Shown: positions 14,083-27,060, counted from the first letter of the stretch. The stretch: 64,000 nt of DNA from Gonapodya sp. JEL0774 (GCA_027604505.1 JADIIX010000087.1:1-64000); one strand, 5' to 3'. The notes: generated from the sequence alone by a model not told the origin. Made by a program: numbers and translations.

Positions 14083-16151
14083 CTAGTCCCACTTTCCACG
14101 GGCATACTCTTTTAGTGCTTCACCCATCTCATGTTCTTTCGGTATCGGCTTGCCACCAAGCCGTTCGTCGATCAAGTACATACCTAGCGCAAATTCGGAG
14201 CGCGTAAGAAGGCCGTCCCGGTCGAGATCCGAGAGATCCCTTGTGAAAGAAAGGAACTTTGTGAGAATACAGCGCGTCATCGAGAATTAAATTACATTAC
14301 TTACCAAATCCTTTTCAGTTCTTCTGGCTCCAACATACTCCTGCTCCAAACAGCGACGACATCAGGTCCCGTCATTGTGCCGCCAGAATGCATGCCGTCA
14401 AATACTTGATCATAGCGACGCCGAGCAGCTAGTGACACAGGTGGGGAGGAAGAGAACGAAGATGCATCTGGTTTGCGAGCAGGGAGCGGAGGTCGAGCTG
14501 GGGAGGACGGAGCTGGTGTAGGTGCAATGACAGTGGCCGCTGCGCGGATGGGTATTGTAGGTGCTTGGATGGTAATCTTTTCGTTTGAGCGAAGTGCAGG
14601 TGCAGCATCTGAGTCAACGGCTTGCCGTGGAGGCAGGCGGGGAGGCAGTGCAGGTGGTGTTGCGGGGACTGAAGTCGGAATCACGGACGCTGATGCAGAA
14701 GAGGGAGCGGTAACCGCACGGACATGTGGGCTTGCAGATCGTGCAGGGGGGGTCGATGAAATTGAAGGTTCAAGAGGGAACAAGGACGCAGATGGTTGCG
14801 GTGTGTCGGTTACAGTGCGGTTACGCGAAGATATGGAGGGAGGAACAGGAGGAGGAGCGCGTGTAGTGGATGTGGCGGGCCGAGCACGATCCGCGGGGGG
14901 ATCAGTGCTGACATTGCCAGGACGGCGGGTAGGAATGGTGGGAGGCTGGAGACGGAGGAAACAATCATCGCAGATAAGCTGGGTGGCTGCAGCAGCTGTA
15001 CCAGCCGATTCTCCGCTCTTATCACCCTTCCAAGAGGGTTACTTCCTTTGAAATGCAAGAAATACTTCCATCTGCGTAATCTCTGTCTGAGTGTTGTTTC
15101 ATTTCCACGCGGTTCCTATCTGCCTGGAATGAGCCTTCTTCCTCGCAATCGGTGGATCATACTAGTTCAAGATGAAAATCAATTTTTGTTCCACGTCTCG
15201 CTGGAACTTGGTAGTTGCAACATATCCGAGGACTCTCGCTGGAACTTGGTAGTCGCAACCATCCGAGGACTGATCTGACACGAGGACACACTGTCCCCTG
15301 GCTAGTTGCTTCGAAAAGAAACTCACCTCCTTCTTTACCACTTGGTCAAACTGCGCCGCAGCATTTTTAGCGCCAGTCTTTGCTTCGGCGGTCACTGCTC
15401 TTCCAACCGCATTCGCGACATTTGACTGCTCGTCCGCGGTTAACTTTTGACCCGTCGCAACTTTCCAAGCAGCCATAGGTCCTACATCCTTCGCGGTAGA
15501 TACTGCAGCACGTGCCGCAGCCGCTTCCATTGCAGGTGAGAGGGTGATTCCTTGAGATGACGCAGCCGCTCGAACTGCGGAGGCAGCCATACGGTCCGCA
15601 AAGGACTGAGGCTGGGAAGGCATTGACGCTGGCTTAGATGAAGCTTGATTTTGCGCGTTATTGGGGGATGGAGAGGATACCGAGAACGGTGTCGATCGCG
15701 AAGAGAAGGAGGGGGACACCGCAGGTGAGAGTGCTGGAGACGGAGACGAGGAAGGCGCAAGAGACAGAGGTTTCAATGGTGGAGAAGTTGTGGCGGAAGA
15801 GGCGAGAGAAGATGCGATGGGTCTCAGTGAAGAACCTGGGTTGGACGCGAGGGAAGCTGGTCCAGGGGGCAGAACCTGAACTCCTCCGCGCCGAGAGACT
15901 GATGGGGACGATGATGGCGTTGAATGTATTGATGTCGATGCTGATAACGCCGGTGATGACCCTGCAACAGTTGCTTTCACAGCTCCACCAGCGGCTTGTA
16001 CTTCCAAAGTCTTCACAGCTCCCACCACCCCAACCACCGCGCCTCCCCCGAATTCTCGGATCTTCTCTCCCTCTTCCTCAAGCTCACGATCCAGAGAGCC
16101 TGTCTTCCGTAGGCGGACACCCCAAGGGTTCGCGGACTCCGTTGTTGCCAT
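14083..16151 (-). CDS. EH-domain (Eps15 homology) protein with a Ser/Pro-rich N-terminus
   Basis: C-terminal RRRYDQVF...GPDVVAVWSRSMLEPEELKRIW/DLSDLDRDGLLTRSEFALGMYLIDERLGGKPIP is an EH/EF-hand fold; PPxLPPR motifs; probable 300-nt intron 15027-15326. Confidence 0.8.
15196..15270. repeat. Direct tandem duplication, 38 bp plus 37 bp
   Basis: TCTCGCTGGAACTTGGTAGTTGCAACATATCCGAGGAC followed immediately by TCTCGCTGGAACTTGGTAGTCGCAACCATCCGAGGAC. Confidence 0.95.
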
Positions 16152-17499
16152 TTCGCTCGAGTGGAAGCAAGTTGTTGAGTTCCTCCCTCAATATCCAAAA
16201 TCGCCCGATTTTTTCCTTGAAGATGTGTCGACGATCGCCAGTCGAGGACCGAAACCTAATGTATCTAATTTTAAATAATGAGAATGAGGTGGCGGTACGT
16301 ATCATGCGCTTGTGGTCACCTGACCAAACTCAACACCTGCACAGAAACTATCCTCTACACCACACACTTCAGCCGCTACGAAACCATGAATGGCACCTCG
16401 ATTGCGGTGCTACATAAGATTTTGCCTCTCTGCAACCCGTACTTTGGATGCCAGAGATCATCACGCCACACTATCTCCAAATCCACTCCGAATCGAAATC
16501 TTACTGGGCCTCTGCCAATTGTGAGGCTGGTGAGGTGCCCCCCCCTTCTCTCTCTCTCTCTTCGCCACCAGGTTATCAAGACCCCGCCCCCTCCAGACCG
16601 CCAGACTCCCTCCACTTGCCTTGACATGTAATATGGAGCTCACAGCAAGCCCTCGACAAGGCGTAGGTCGCAATGTCTGTTGCTCAAGACCGTAAGGAAT
16701 TCTTCTTTGGACATTGTACAATATTGCTGGTCCACTTCGAGCACATATGGACAGTTGCTTTCCGCCGAGTATTCGGCAGGACGTGTGAGCGAGGGCCAGC
16801 GAGAAAGCGAGTGGTATTACAGAATGCGACCGGGAACAAACTGCGTGATGAGCGGCTCACGAGTAAATCCAGGAATGGCTAGTTTCGTGCTCAACCTCGT
16901 ATGGGAACTTGGATTCAGTGATTTGGTGGATACGCGGTGACTTAAATAAAACAGGGATCAAGAAACATAAAGCAATAATGAACGGTGGTACCAGCAAATG
17001 AAACATCTCGGTAATCATGGGTTCATGACCAGCAATGTTTAGCTCATGAAGGCAGCCATTGAGGCAACTGCTTGGTCACCGTAGCGCTGGCGTTTGGTGA
17101 GATTTGAACTGGCTACGGTATCTTCGCCAAGTTATCGTCGTGCTGGTGGTGGTCGAGGGGAGTCCGAGCCAAATTTGTTCTTCTGTCAGGTTCTCCCAGT
17201 TACAACGCAACACACTGAAAAGTTCGCAAGTTCTGAAACTTTCGTTGAGGGTGAAAGGCGCACTTGAGATCGCACTTGATCTCAAGTGCATCGCTGGGCA
17301 GAATACACTAAAACTCAGTGGACTCTCACGGTGTTTGGCTCACCATGACGCGGCAGGGAGATTGTTATAATCTCCAATCTTTTCACGGAAAAAGAAAACT
17401 TTGGCGAAGATTTCGGTATTACAGTCTCGGTATCTCTCTGTCTTCATATGTTCCCATTACGTAACATGCATGCTGAGTACGACCGGGGCGGTATGAATT

Positions 17500-20399
17500 G
17501 GACATCATTGAATCAAGATAACTACTTTAAAAGAAACACATTGGTGTGAGAACCACGTCAGTGTGCCCAATTTTTGTATTGTTTTTGGAAGAACAGCTGG
17601 CGGAGAGAGTGTCGATGCTCAGAAATCCTTTCCCACACCACTATTTTGCACTCTTCAATGTCGATGGCAAGGAAATGCCTGCATTGGTTGGCTTGAAGCC
17701 ACTGGTGCTTGTAGAACCACTAATCAGCGATTTGTTGGCTGGGAAGAGTAACAAGGAATAAATTGTTATCTTCAGCTTGCAAAGACTCCCAACGGTCGGA
17801 AGAAGAATCAATGTCCAACCTACACTGTAGAGCATCAGCAAACGTCCTGAGCATGGTCATGAAGTGGTGTTGGAGCAAGTAAACTTCAGATATCACGGAC
17901 GTCTTATCGTTCATTTGTCCATTACGGACAGCGCTGAGATCAAACTTCGTTGCTGTAAAAGGCCGCCATAGACAGGTGTAGAAAGCGTCTAATGCGACGA
18001 GAATCGACGAAAATTGCAATACCTTGTTCTATAATCTTCATGATCACGTTGAGCGGTTTCACAATGAGAAATTGTGTGAATAGAACTGAAAAAAAACTCA
18101 TAAAGACAACAACGACAACAGCTGATGCGTTTCAATTTGTAGTCAGATGCTGTGTGGGTGACCACTGTCACAACGCACCTATGATGATCACGATCTTCTG
18201 CACGTTCCAAAGTCGGTCGGCAAGCTTTCCTTGCAGCACCAGTGTATCCCCGATGTAATCGGTTGCAGGCTATTGATAGAGTGAAAGAGCTTGCTCCCTC
18301 TGTACATGAAGCTGCGCAAAATGCAACGCAGCACTTACCGCCCCACTCACTATAGTCCACTTGTAGTTAGCAAACGTATACGACGTTACCTGGAACATGA
18401 AGTCTCCCACGGAGAACTGCGCGTCAGCAAAGTCGCTGGACAGATTTCCTCCCGTGTATTGATAAATTGTTGCAGCAGAGACGTTGAGAAGGGGGTAAGC
18501 AGTGGCGTTAAAGTCCCAGATCGTATTAAGTGCGTAAGTAGTAGTACCAGGTAGCAGCCGCAGGAGTGGCTTCAGAGTATGTCGTTTGAGTCTCCATTAC
18601 CAACCACCGTGCCGATTCAATCAACTCTCACCGACTGGTCAGTACCGACTCCCGTCATTGCAAGCACCTCAGCCGAGGGCGTCATTATATAAAAGAACGA
18701 GTTTGGAGTCGCAGTGGCTTTCAGGTCATTCAAACCACTGGATAAGTCAAAGGTTCCGAAATTGATTGGACCCATTCCGATGTAGTTCTTGTTCTTGTCC
18801 CACAGCGAGAAGCCAAGTGACTGAAGAAGCCTGGGAGGGCTTCCAGCCTGAAAAAAGGGGAGGAATTTCAGTACCAGGAATTTTGGATGGGTGACGTAAG
18901 GTGCTCACTCTGGTGCTTCCAGTGTACACGGGAGAAATAAATGGTGTTCCTAGAGGGAGTCTATCATAGTACCAAGGCCTTGTCCATCCCTTGAACGTTG
19001 AAGCTCCCTAAAGTTACATAGTTTAAAACGTAACTGTTGAGCACTCCCAACTAAAACCTAGACTGGTCTCTCACAATTGATGCCTGCGTTGTGGCGCGAT
19101 CTGCTGTTGTGTTGATGAAGTATGAAGCTTGTCTTGTGCCCGTGCTACTGACAGGACAGTATCGTGCGCAGGTCTTGTTGGTGGCGTAGTAAACGAGTTG
19201 CAGTAGAGGGGCTTTCGGATCGTATGCTGGGTTGGAAGCTTAGCTCAGCACAAAAAGAGCAGCTGTGAGAGATTCTGTGCTTACTCAGGTTAAGTGCAGC
19301 TGAAGAATCATTCGACGATAGTATGGATTCAGCTTGAGGCCCCTCAAGCAATATCGACGTGCAGACTCACCGAAGTCGAAAGTGGCAGGAGTTTGCACCA
19401 CAATTCCTACGCTTTCCAACGTGGCATTGTTCCAATAGTACCAACTCTTTGTGATCGAAGAAAGGTCTGTTGAGAGCGACATAACCGTGGAAACTCAGAG
19501 TAGCACTGATATACTCACTGTCAATGTTGCGCCAATACCGTAGGTGAGATCCATCATCCAAGGTACGAGGTTGCTAATAGATGGAAATACGAACGGTTTA
19601 GCGCGTTGATCACTCACGCTTTCTAGCAGAAGACTCACTCATAATCAGTTGGGTCAACGATGCCACGGTATACGGCCGACGCAGTGGTGTTTCCCAGCAC
19701 GTAAAGCTGCAAAAGTAATTGAGATGTTGAAAAACTTCATATAAATTTCCGTGCCGCTGCACCTTTTTCAGATATGCGTCTTGCGGTGTTGCAATGTCAC
19801 GGAAAGGACGTGCGGTGAGTTCAAGAACGCTAACGGTGTCAAGTAGCCATGCAAAACGCCCACCCATTTGATTTTTGATTTTGTCGGATGCATCTCTTTG
19901 TTGCTTGTTCGCGAGAACTGTGATACTCTTCGTTCCTGAGAGATGAAAAATGTGAGGATTGGTAGGGAGTCGTGCAATACTAAGCATCAGTGGGAGAGAC
20001 TAGCTACCTTGAGCAATTGCATCTGCATTAGAGCTTTGCGAGGAGGTGTAGTTGATTACGGTTAAGACAACTGCGATTACTGCGATCCTGCGCGAGGTTC
20101 AATAACAATAAATCATGATTCAGCGAGAGTTGGGTAAAGCCATCATCCTCACTCGAATATAACCATGCATATAATGGCTGAACGAAGCTTGAACGCATAC
20201 CAAGGTACGCTGAATGAGGTCGCCCCACGAGCGCTAGCAGGCGCCAGCTTCTTGCCAGAATCATCCCCATTCTCTGAAATGTATTGGCATAGTAGTGCGT
20301 GCAAAAGTGATATGTGAATTGAAGATTAGCAGAGCGGATTTGGTGAAGCTTGTGAGGATGATCGGTGAGTTCACCTTTTGATGACTGCGACATCTCCAC
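17500..20399 (-). pseudogene. Possible decayed gene(s), perhaps an F-box protein remnant
   Basis: Only short broken ORFs. ORF 20028-20399 contains LTDHPHKLHQIRSANL...ILARSWRLLA, which loosely fits an F-box consensus. Boundaries uncertain. Confidence 0.25.
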
Positions 20400-21055
20400 A
20401 GAGATTCACGACTTGGTCGAGCGATTGAGTTTGATAATGAGCGGGTTGCAAAATCAATCAGCACGATGAAAAATGACGCTTGATCGTAATGGATCAGTGA
20501 TAATGGCGAAGGCATCAGTGATGCAGAGCTCATCCAGGCAGCCGTGGTGCGCCTGATGAATGCCGAAGGCCGAAGCGGGCAACTCCGTCCCCATCTCTCC
20601 ATAAACTTCACTTATTGACGCCCCTACGATTATAACCTACTGCCTCCTCGTCCCCCCGACGAGCGACGAGAATGCCTCATCTATTGTACAAAATTTGAAA
20701 GAACTACATGTGGGGAAAGCATTAGAGTGATTTTGGGTACATACGGTGATCCAACCAAAGCCCCATAGCATCCACACCGCCCGTTCCATTTTCCTGACAT
20801 TCCTGTGGGAAGCGGTACCAGCTGGAGTGTTGAATTTATATGATAGTCTGGTCGGGGAATCCCGGTGGACTCGCTCGGGTGCTCCCGTCGGCTGATCCAC
20901 AATCACTGAGGAAGCTCGGCAGCATTACCCCCGATTTTTGAGTTTAGAGAAATGGAAAACCCCCACCAGACACAGTCATACCGGCTCACCAATCTGAACT
21001 CCTTCAAATCCCACGCCCCCAAACTCCTTGGCTTTACATAACATCCCAGCGAGAG

Positions 21056-22740
21056 ATGGCTGCCAAGTAAGTGCAACTTCCCAACCTCGAAAATGCAAAT
21101 CGAAACCGCGATCTCATCTTCTCTGCTTGTTTAGAAGGATCTCGCCTTACGTTGCTCAGTTATTCACCTCCTCCACCGTTCAAGCAGCTCGAGAAACTGT
21201 CACCGACATTCGGCGGGCGATGCTTGGTACCCCACACACAGTCAACGCATTCCTCCAAATCGATGATCCACACTCGTACCTGCTGGCTCAAGCTCTGCAA
21301 AAACTCGAAACAAGGCTTGTCGAAGGCGGGAGTGTACGGGTGAAACTCGTGGGTGCTCAGGAAGAGGGCACCACTGTGGACGGGAACATTTTGATGGAAT
21401 GGGCAACAAACGATGCCGCAACCATAGCGCCAGGTGGGCACCGTTGATGATCTTTGCATTGAACTTCAATTGATTCTTTGCAACTACAGCTCTCGGACTG
21501 AGTTTCCCCGCACATCCAACTCCTCCATTATCATCAAATGTCAAGATCGCCCAATGCCTTGCAGCTTCACTGGAACTGCTCCCGGTTGCTCTTCCCCCGT
21601 CGACCCACCTTTCGCTTATCACCCGTATTATGGACTCCCTCTGGTCTGCTTCCCTTGGTGACGCCCAGGACAGTCTGGCAAGACAGTACGGCATCCCTTC
21701 CTTGGAAGCTGTTGCTGATCTCGTTCGCCAAAACGCCCAAGAACGCAACAGGCTTGGCCACTACGGCTCAGCAATGGTGGAGTATGGAGGACAATGGTTC
21801 TGGGGCGTGGACAGGATCGAATTACTGTATGCACGCCTCCTGAACGCAGGAGCCATAAAGCGAGCAGCTGGGAGTGGAAGGGTAACACAACGAACCCCGA
21901 CCAACCCTTCGCTGTGCCTTCTCCCGACATCTCTGGTCACCTTTCAGCCTTCACTCGCCCGCCTTCCCCTTGGTCCTGACCTCAAGCATCAAATTCATCT
22001 AGGAGGGAAACCAACTTTGGAAATCTTTTGGTCCATCAGATCACCCTATTCCTACGTGCTTCTCGCGCGAAACCTGCCAAAATTCCTCCTTCAATTCAAC
22101 AACCAAACAGAATACGATGTCAAACTGCGACTTGTTCCTCCCATGGTAACACGAGGTCTGTCAATTTATGTGGTGGATCGCACACTTGATTGAGTACGTC
22201 TAACCAAACCCTTTACACAAAACACCATAAGGTGTACCGCTCTCCCCAACTAAACGTCTCCACATAACACTTGACGCGTCTTTGTGCGCTCGCCGGTCTG
22301 GTGTTCCTTTTGGGCGCATCGCTGACCCACTTGCGGACTGGCACCGTGTTGCCAGCATTGTTTACGAAGCACGAAAAATTAGCACACGGTCGGAGTGGGA
22401 GTTCGTACTGGACGTCATGCAAGGCATATGGTCACAAGGTTTGGACGCTGCTTCTGATACAGCGCTTTTGGAAGTTGCGGCGAGACATGGAATCGCAAAG
22501 GCATTAGTGGTTGATGCACTCAAGGCTGCGGAATTGCCGTCTGCATCGTGGCGGGCGGATGTAGCGTTCAACTTAAGGACATTGACTGAGTTGGGACTTT
22601 GGGGAGTACCAAGCATTTGCGTGAAGGACGGTACTGGGAAGGTGATTTCGTCCGTATGGGGCCAAGATCGGGAATGGGTGGCGTGGGAAGCACTGAGGCG
22701 TTGTGTGAGACAGGAACCCGATATTCGAGCTCAGTTGTGA
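21056..22740 (+). CDS. Tandem-domain DsbA-like / 2-hydroxychromene-2-carboxylate isomerase (GST-kappa class) protein
   Basis: Domain 1: FLQIDDPHSYL...LGHYGSAMVEYGGQWFWGVDRI. Domain 2: LEIFWSIRSPYSY...PMVTRG...PFGRIADP...LGLWGVPS...WGQDR. Start MAAK followed by a GTAAGT donor. Confidence 0.88.
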
Positions 22741-22851
22741 ACAGGACCACAAGCGCGCACATCTCCTCATTCGCCAAACCAGTGTCATCAGACTGACAAT
22801 TCTTTTCGTGTTTGAGTGATGTACATTTACAATACGAGACATGTCAATGAT

Positions 22852-25800
22852 TCAGCTCAGATCTTGCCCAACAAATTCCGGGTACTCTAGCAACAGCTGG
22901 AAGAAGGTGGTTCGTTCCGCAACAAGGTCAGCAACAAGGCTGCAAATGACCGGAACCTGGCGCAAACAGATTCAGAACATGGACATCAATCAGCAAAATG
23001 ACAGACTTCCCACTCACTGTGTCCCTGATTTGCTTGAGTGAGTCCCTTTCCCTCAGAGTAACAGTCCCGTCCTTGACGGTCTGGAAGTCTACGGTAATAG
23101 CGAATGGTGTGCCAAGCTCGTCAGTCCTGGCGTACCGACGACCGATGGCGGTCGAAGACGTGTCCACCTTGATGGGTAGGTTAAAGCGGCGGAGCTCGTT
23201 GCTACATTGGTCGACAAAAGGAGTAAAGAGGTCGTTGCTAGAGATTGGTGTAACGAGGCACTTATAAGGAGCGATGACAACGGGGAAGGCAAGGACCTGT
23301 GACGATGAGTACGGATGCGTTAAAGCATGATTGTTTTCTGCGACCAAGTGAGACCTCCTAATCACATTGCGTGCTTCATCTCCACCCTGGCGATTGTAGA
23401 AGGAGTGCTCCAACAATGAGTACAGAATACGGCCAATACCGAAGGAGGGTTCGATGACGTTTGGAATGAACTCTCGTACTGTTGCGTTATTGCGCATATA
23501 GCAGAGGTGTAAGGGAAAAGTGAAATTAGTAACAATTATCGTAGCAAAAATCAACGAGCTCTTGCAAGCTCTTTGGGCGAGAAGCGAAAAAAATCGTCAT
23601 AACAAGGAAATGTGCGGTACCGCCACCTTCCCGCACCTTGCAGCATAAGTGGCCTACAAGAGGCGAAATGCGAGCCGCGACCCACGATCGGCGAACTTCA
23701 TCCAATCCACCCAACCACCCGCATGACGCGAGCAGCCAGACGCAATCAAACAAAGCCACAACCGACCGCAAGATCGACAAATTGTGACGGCCACCGTTTC
23801 TCAAAAAAGATCCGCTTTTGCACACTTATGACTCAAGTCACACCAATACCCGACGATGTGTCGGGGGAGGGGCCGAGACCGGAGTCCTACACTCCTGGGA
23901 GACGAGAGACTTCTCGCTCGGCAGGGGATACAGGGTGGTAGGCAATCCTCCATGATGAGAGATCTAAGGAATGTGCGTGATGATCGTGGCACGCTGTCTG
24001 TCCCAAACCACAAAGTTGTATCTATCCGGTCCCGTTCCCCTAGGACTCCATGCATTGTGTTCGTAGCGAGAGCCAGAGGATACTCACCGTTGATTTTCTC
24101 GGTAATTTTGAAGATGTTGATGAGGTCTTTTGTGAGCTCGTACTGCTTGCCATCTGTACCGGTAATACCAACCTTGCTGAATACCAAGGGAACAATCGTT
24201 TCTGACTTAACCGCCCTTACTCACTATCAAAACCTCTCAAACCAACTCACCCGCCACCCGCCTCCATTCTCTCCTTCAATTCGGTCAACTTCACCTCATC
24301 CCACATCTTTTCCGTGTCCTTCTTTTCCTTACCACCGAGCGCCTCCGCATTATCACACCCATCATCCAACAATGAGTCCAAGTAACCCTCAACGGCCTTT
24401 GCATCCCGTTTGAACGCAGGTCCAAATTTGGGTTTGTTGCGCTCAAGGACAAGACGTTCCCGAGTAATCGGTTCGTCGAGGGCGACTTGTACTGTGAGGC
24501 GCTCGTTCGTTCGGCGGGAGTGCTGGGTCAAGTCGTAAGCAGAACGGTCTGCACAGCCCACACACTCAATCCAGCCCTGCAACAGGGATTTTCAATCCAA
24601 GGAGCAGTCAACAATACGGCAACAATACCCAAAAAGTAGCGCTATACTTACATAGGACGACAAAATTTCGGCATCCCAGCAATCCGTAGCATAATGCGCC
24701 ATCTCATTGGCCATGTGTTGGCGGAACCTGAGACGCGCCGGATCGATGCCAATGCGGTGGAGGAAGAGGCCGATGCGGGCCACAAAATAACCGAGGGTTT
24801 GGTTGTTGACGATGCCCTGCGAAGAGGTGACAAATGTTCTAATACGTCAGTACCGCGACAAGAGCATGCCTAAGGTAGTCAGACGGACGAACTTACCTTC
24901 TCCACTGCCTCGCCAATCGTCATGACCACAGGCTCGCCCCCGGTCATTTGCAAGTCGCGAGAAAAGAAAGGCAATTTCGTGTGTTTGACCGATGCGAATT
25001 TCGGATGTGACTTGTCCAACGGGTCTACAAAATGTTCGATTTCAGCCATGGTGAATTCTCTGCGGGGAGTCCCGATCAACGTAGTTCGCGTTCAGTGCAA
25101 CGTGTACGAACAGACATAAATAGCCAGCCCGGTCCCCGAATGACAATCACCTGACTCGCAACAACCCTTGTCTGGGGGCAATCTCATTTCTGAAGGATTT
25201 ACCCACGGACGCTGAAGCAAATGGTAATTGCTGGTTGTTAAATTCAAGAAGGCGCTTGAAGTTGACGAAGTGGCCTTGGGCGGTTTCGGGGCGTAGGTAG
25301 CTGGTAGCGACGGAAGCAAGCTGAGCTAACTGGTTGACAGCGACCGGAAATCCAGGGCTCACGGATGACCCTCGAGGGCAAGATGGGAGAGACCGTCGGT
25401 GAAAAACTCACCCGCGTAAAGACCCAGTGGGACCGATTTGCGTTGTAAACATCAGGTTGAACTCTTCGGGGTCAGTCACCGGGTTGCCAGTATCGGGTGC
25501 TCGAATGTCGAACTTGCGGAGAATGTCACGGAAGCCAGCTTGGTCGAAGTTGTCAAGCTTAGGCGCAATGGGCCAAGCTTCAGTTTTGAGACGGGTGGGG
25601 TGGAGAACGCCGACACAAAGGGACGACTCACCGTCTCCAAAGTCCTTTCATATTCTGCGCGTACTTCCGGGGCCAAGATCGAAAACTTTGGCTTAGTATC
25701 CTTCTCCTTTTTGGCCTTCTTGTCCGCTTTCCCATCGGCTTTTGCTTCGGGGGCCGGAGCCGAAGGTGCCTTCCTAAGTTTTTCGTCCTCCTCGAGCCGT

Positions 25801-26832
25801 TCCTTGAGCACGGCTTTGATCAAGTGATCCACGCGGAAAATACCGGGTTTGGTGGGATCGGAATCACGGACCATGTAGTCCAGGAAACGATCAACGTGGC
25901 CCGATGTTTTAAATACTTCGTGTGGGGTGAGGTTTGTGCAGTCCACTTCGAGCATGTCCTCTTCAATCACGAAATGTTGCCTCCACAAGGCTAAGATATT
26001 CGATTGGACACCCACACCTGGCGGGCCGTAATCGTACAAGCCGGCCACACCGCCGTAGATGGCGAAGGAAGGTGAGTAGAAAAAGCGTTTGAGAAGGACG
26101 GTTTCAAGAGCGGTGCGATCCAGGGAAGCAGAGGAGCGGGCGGCTCGATGGTTCGAGGCTTCGCGCGAGAGGGTTTCGAGTTTGAGGATGTTAAGGCGGT
26201 CAACTTCCTATGGAGGGTATGACGTAAATTGGAAAGTGATAATATCAAAAAACCCCAAAACAACAAAGTTGAGAAAGGTAGAACAAGAAGGCGGAGGCAA
26301 TGAATACAGGTTAGTCGACGAATTCATCTTCAAGAAGGAAGACTGAAGGTTCTTTGCAGCTGTTCTGTTTCAATAAGTCACAATCCAAACGCACCGGCCC
26401 AATCGCGCCTGGAGGGAAGTCGTGAGCCTTCAAATGACGAATTTGGTCACTGACTTTCCCAATTTGCTCCGCAAGTTGACTGTCGCTCAAATCTGCGGGG
26501 TTGAAGTCGTGCTTTTGGTGAGTGGGCATGGTTGTTGTGGTGGAGAAGAAGGCGGGCTTGGGGTTACAAGCGAAGGACAAGTCGATGCGAGATGCAGCAA
26601 GATTGATGGGCAATCGAGTTTGATGGAATTGATAAAGGTGACACCCAATGCGGGTTATTCGCATCAAGTTTTTTCCAACCGTCCCACTGGGCCGACATGG
26701 CAGGCTCAACATACGTGCAGTGCCACCAACAATATGGAAACAACGAACTCGGATTCGCCCAACTGACTGACTCAGCATCCCCCAGTTTTTAATTGATAGA
26801 GAGGCAATTCGCCTAAACGCTCGCCCGGGCAT
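22852..26832 (-). CDS. GRS1: Glycyl-tRNA synthetase (eukaryotic alpha2 type) with N-terminal extension and WHEP-like domain
   Basis: [104 protein letters not shown]. Alternative in-frame ATGs at 26832, 26712, 26664 and 26529. Confidence 0.98.
23479..24087 (-). other. 609-nt GRS1 intron containing clustered stem-loops
   Basis: Donor G|GTGAGT at 24087, branch site TACTAAT near 23527, acceptor CAG| at 23479 restoring KIN-VREFIPN. Perfect inverted pairs at 23872-77/23917-22, 23881-85/23891-95, 23903-07/23912-16 and 23849-54/23860-65. Confidence 0.8.
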
Positions 26833-27060
26833 GCTCGATGTGCATGTAATTCACGCTGCCAGCAATGCAGAAAATCGGGGCGAGGAGAAGGGAAAAGGAT
26901 CGGAGAAATCCACAGAAGCACTACAACGCTTAGACTGAGGGTGTTGGACATCGTGTAGAGTTTTGTTCTGCTCTGTTGGACACCGATCGAGTCCCACAAC
27001 AGGCTACACCAGGTGAAGATGACTGAGACTGACCAGCAGATAATATATTAATCAACCTGG

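Noticed and set aside
14950..15300. FYVE zinc finger suggested by ICDDCF and DSVSSCQI
   Set aside because: No RRHHCR motif or other Cys pairs in any frame.
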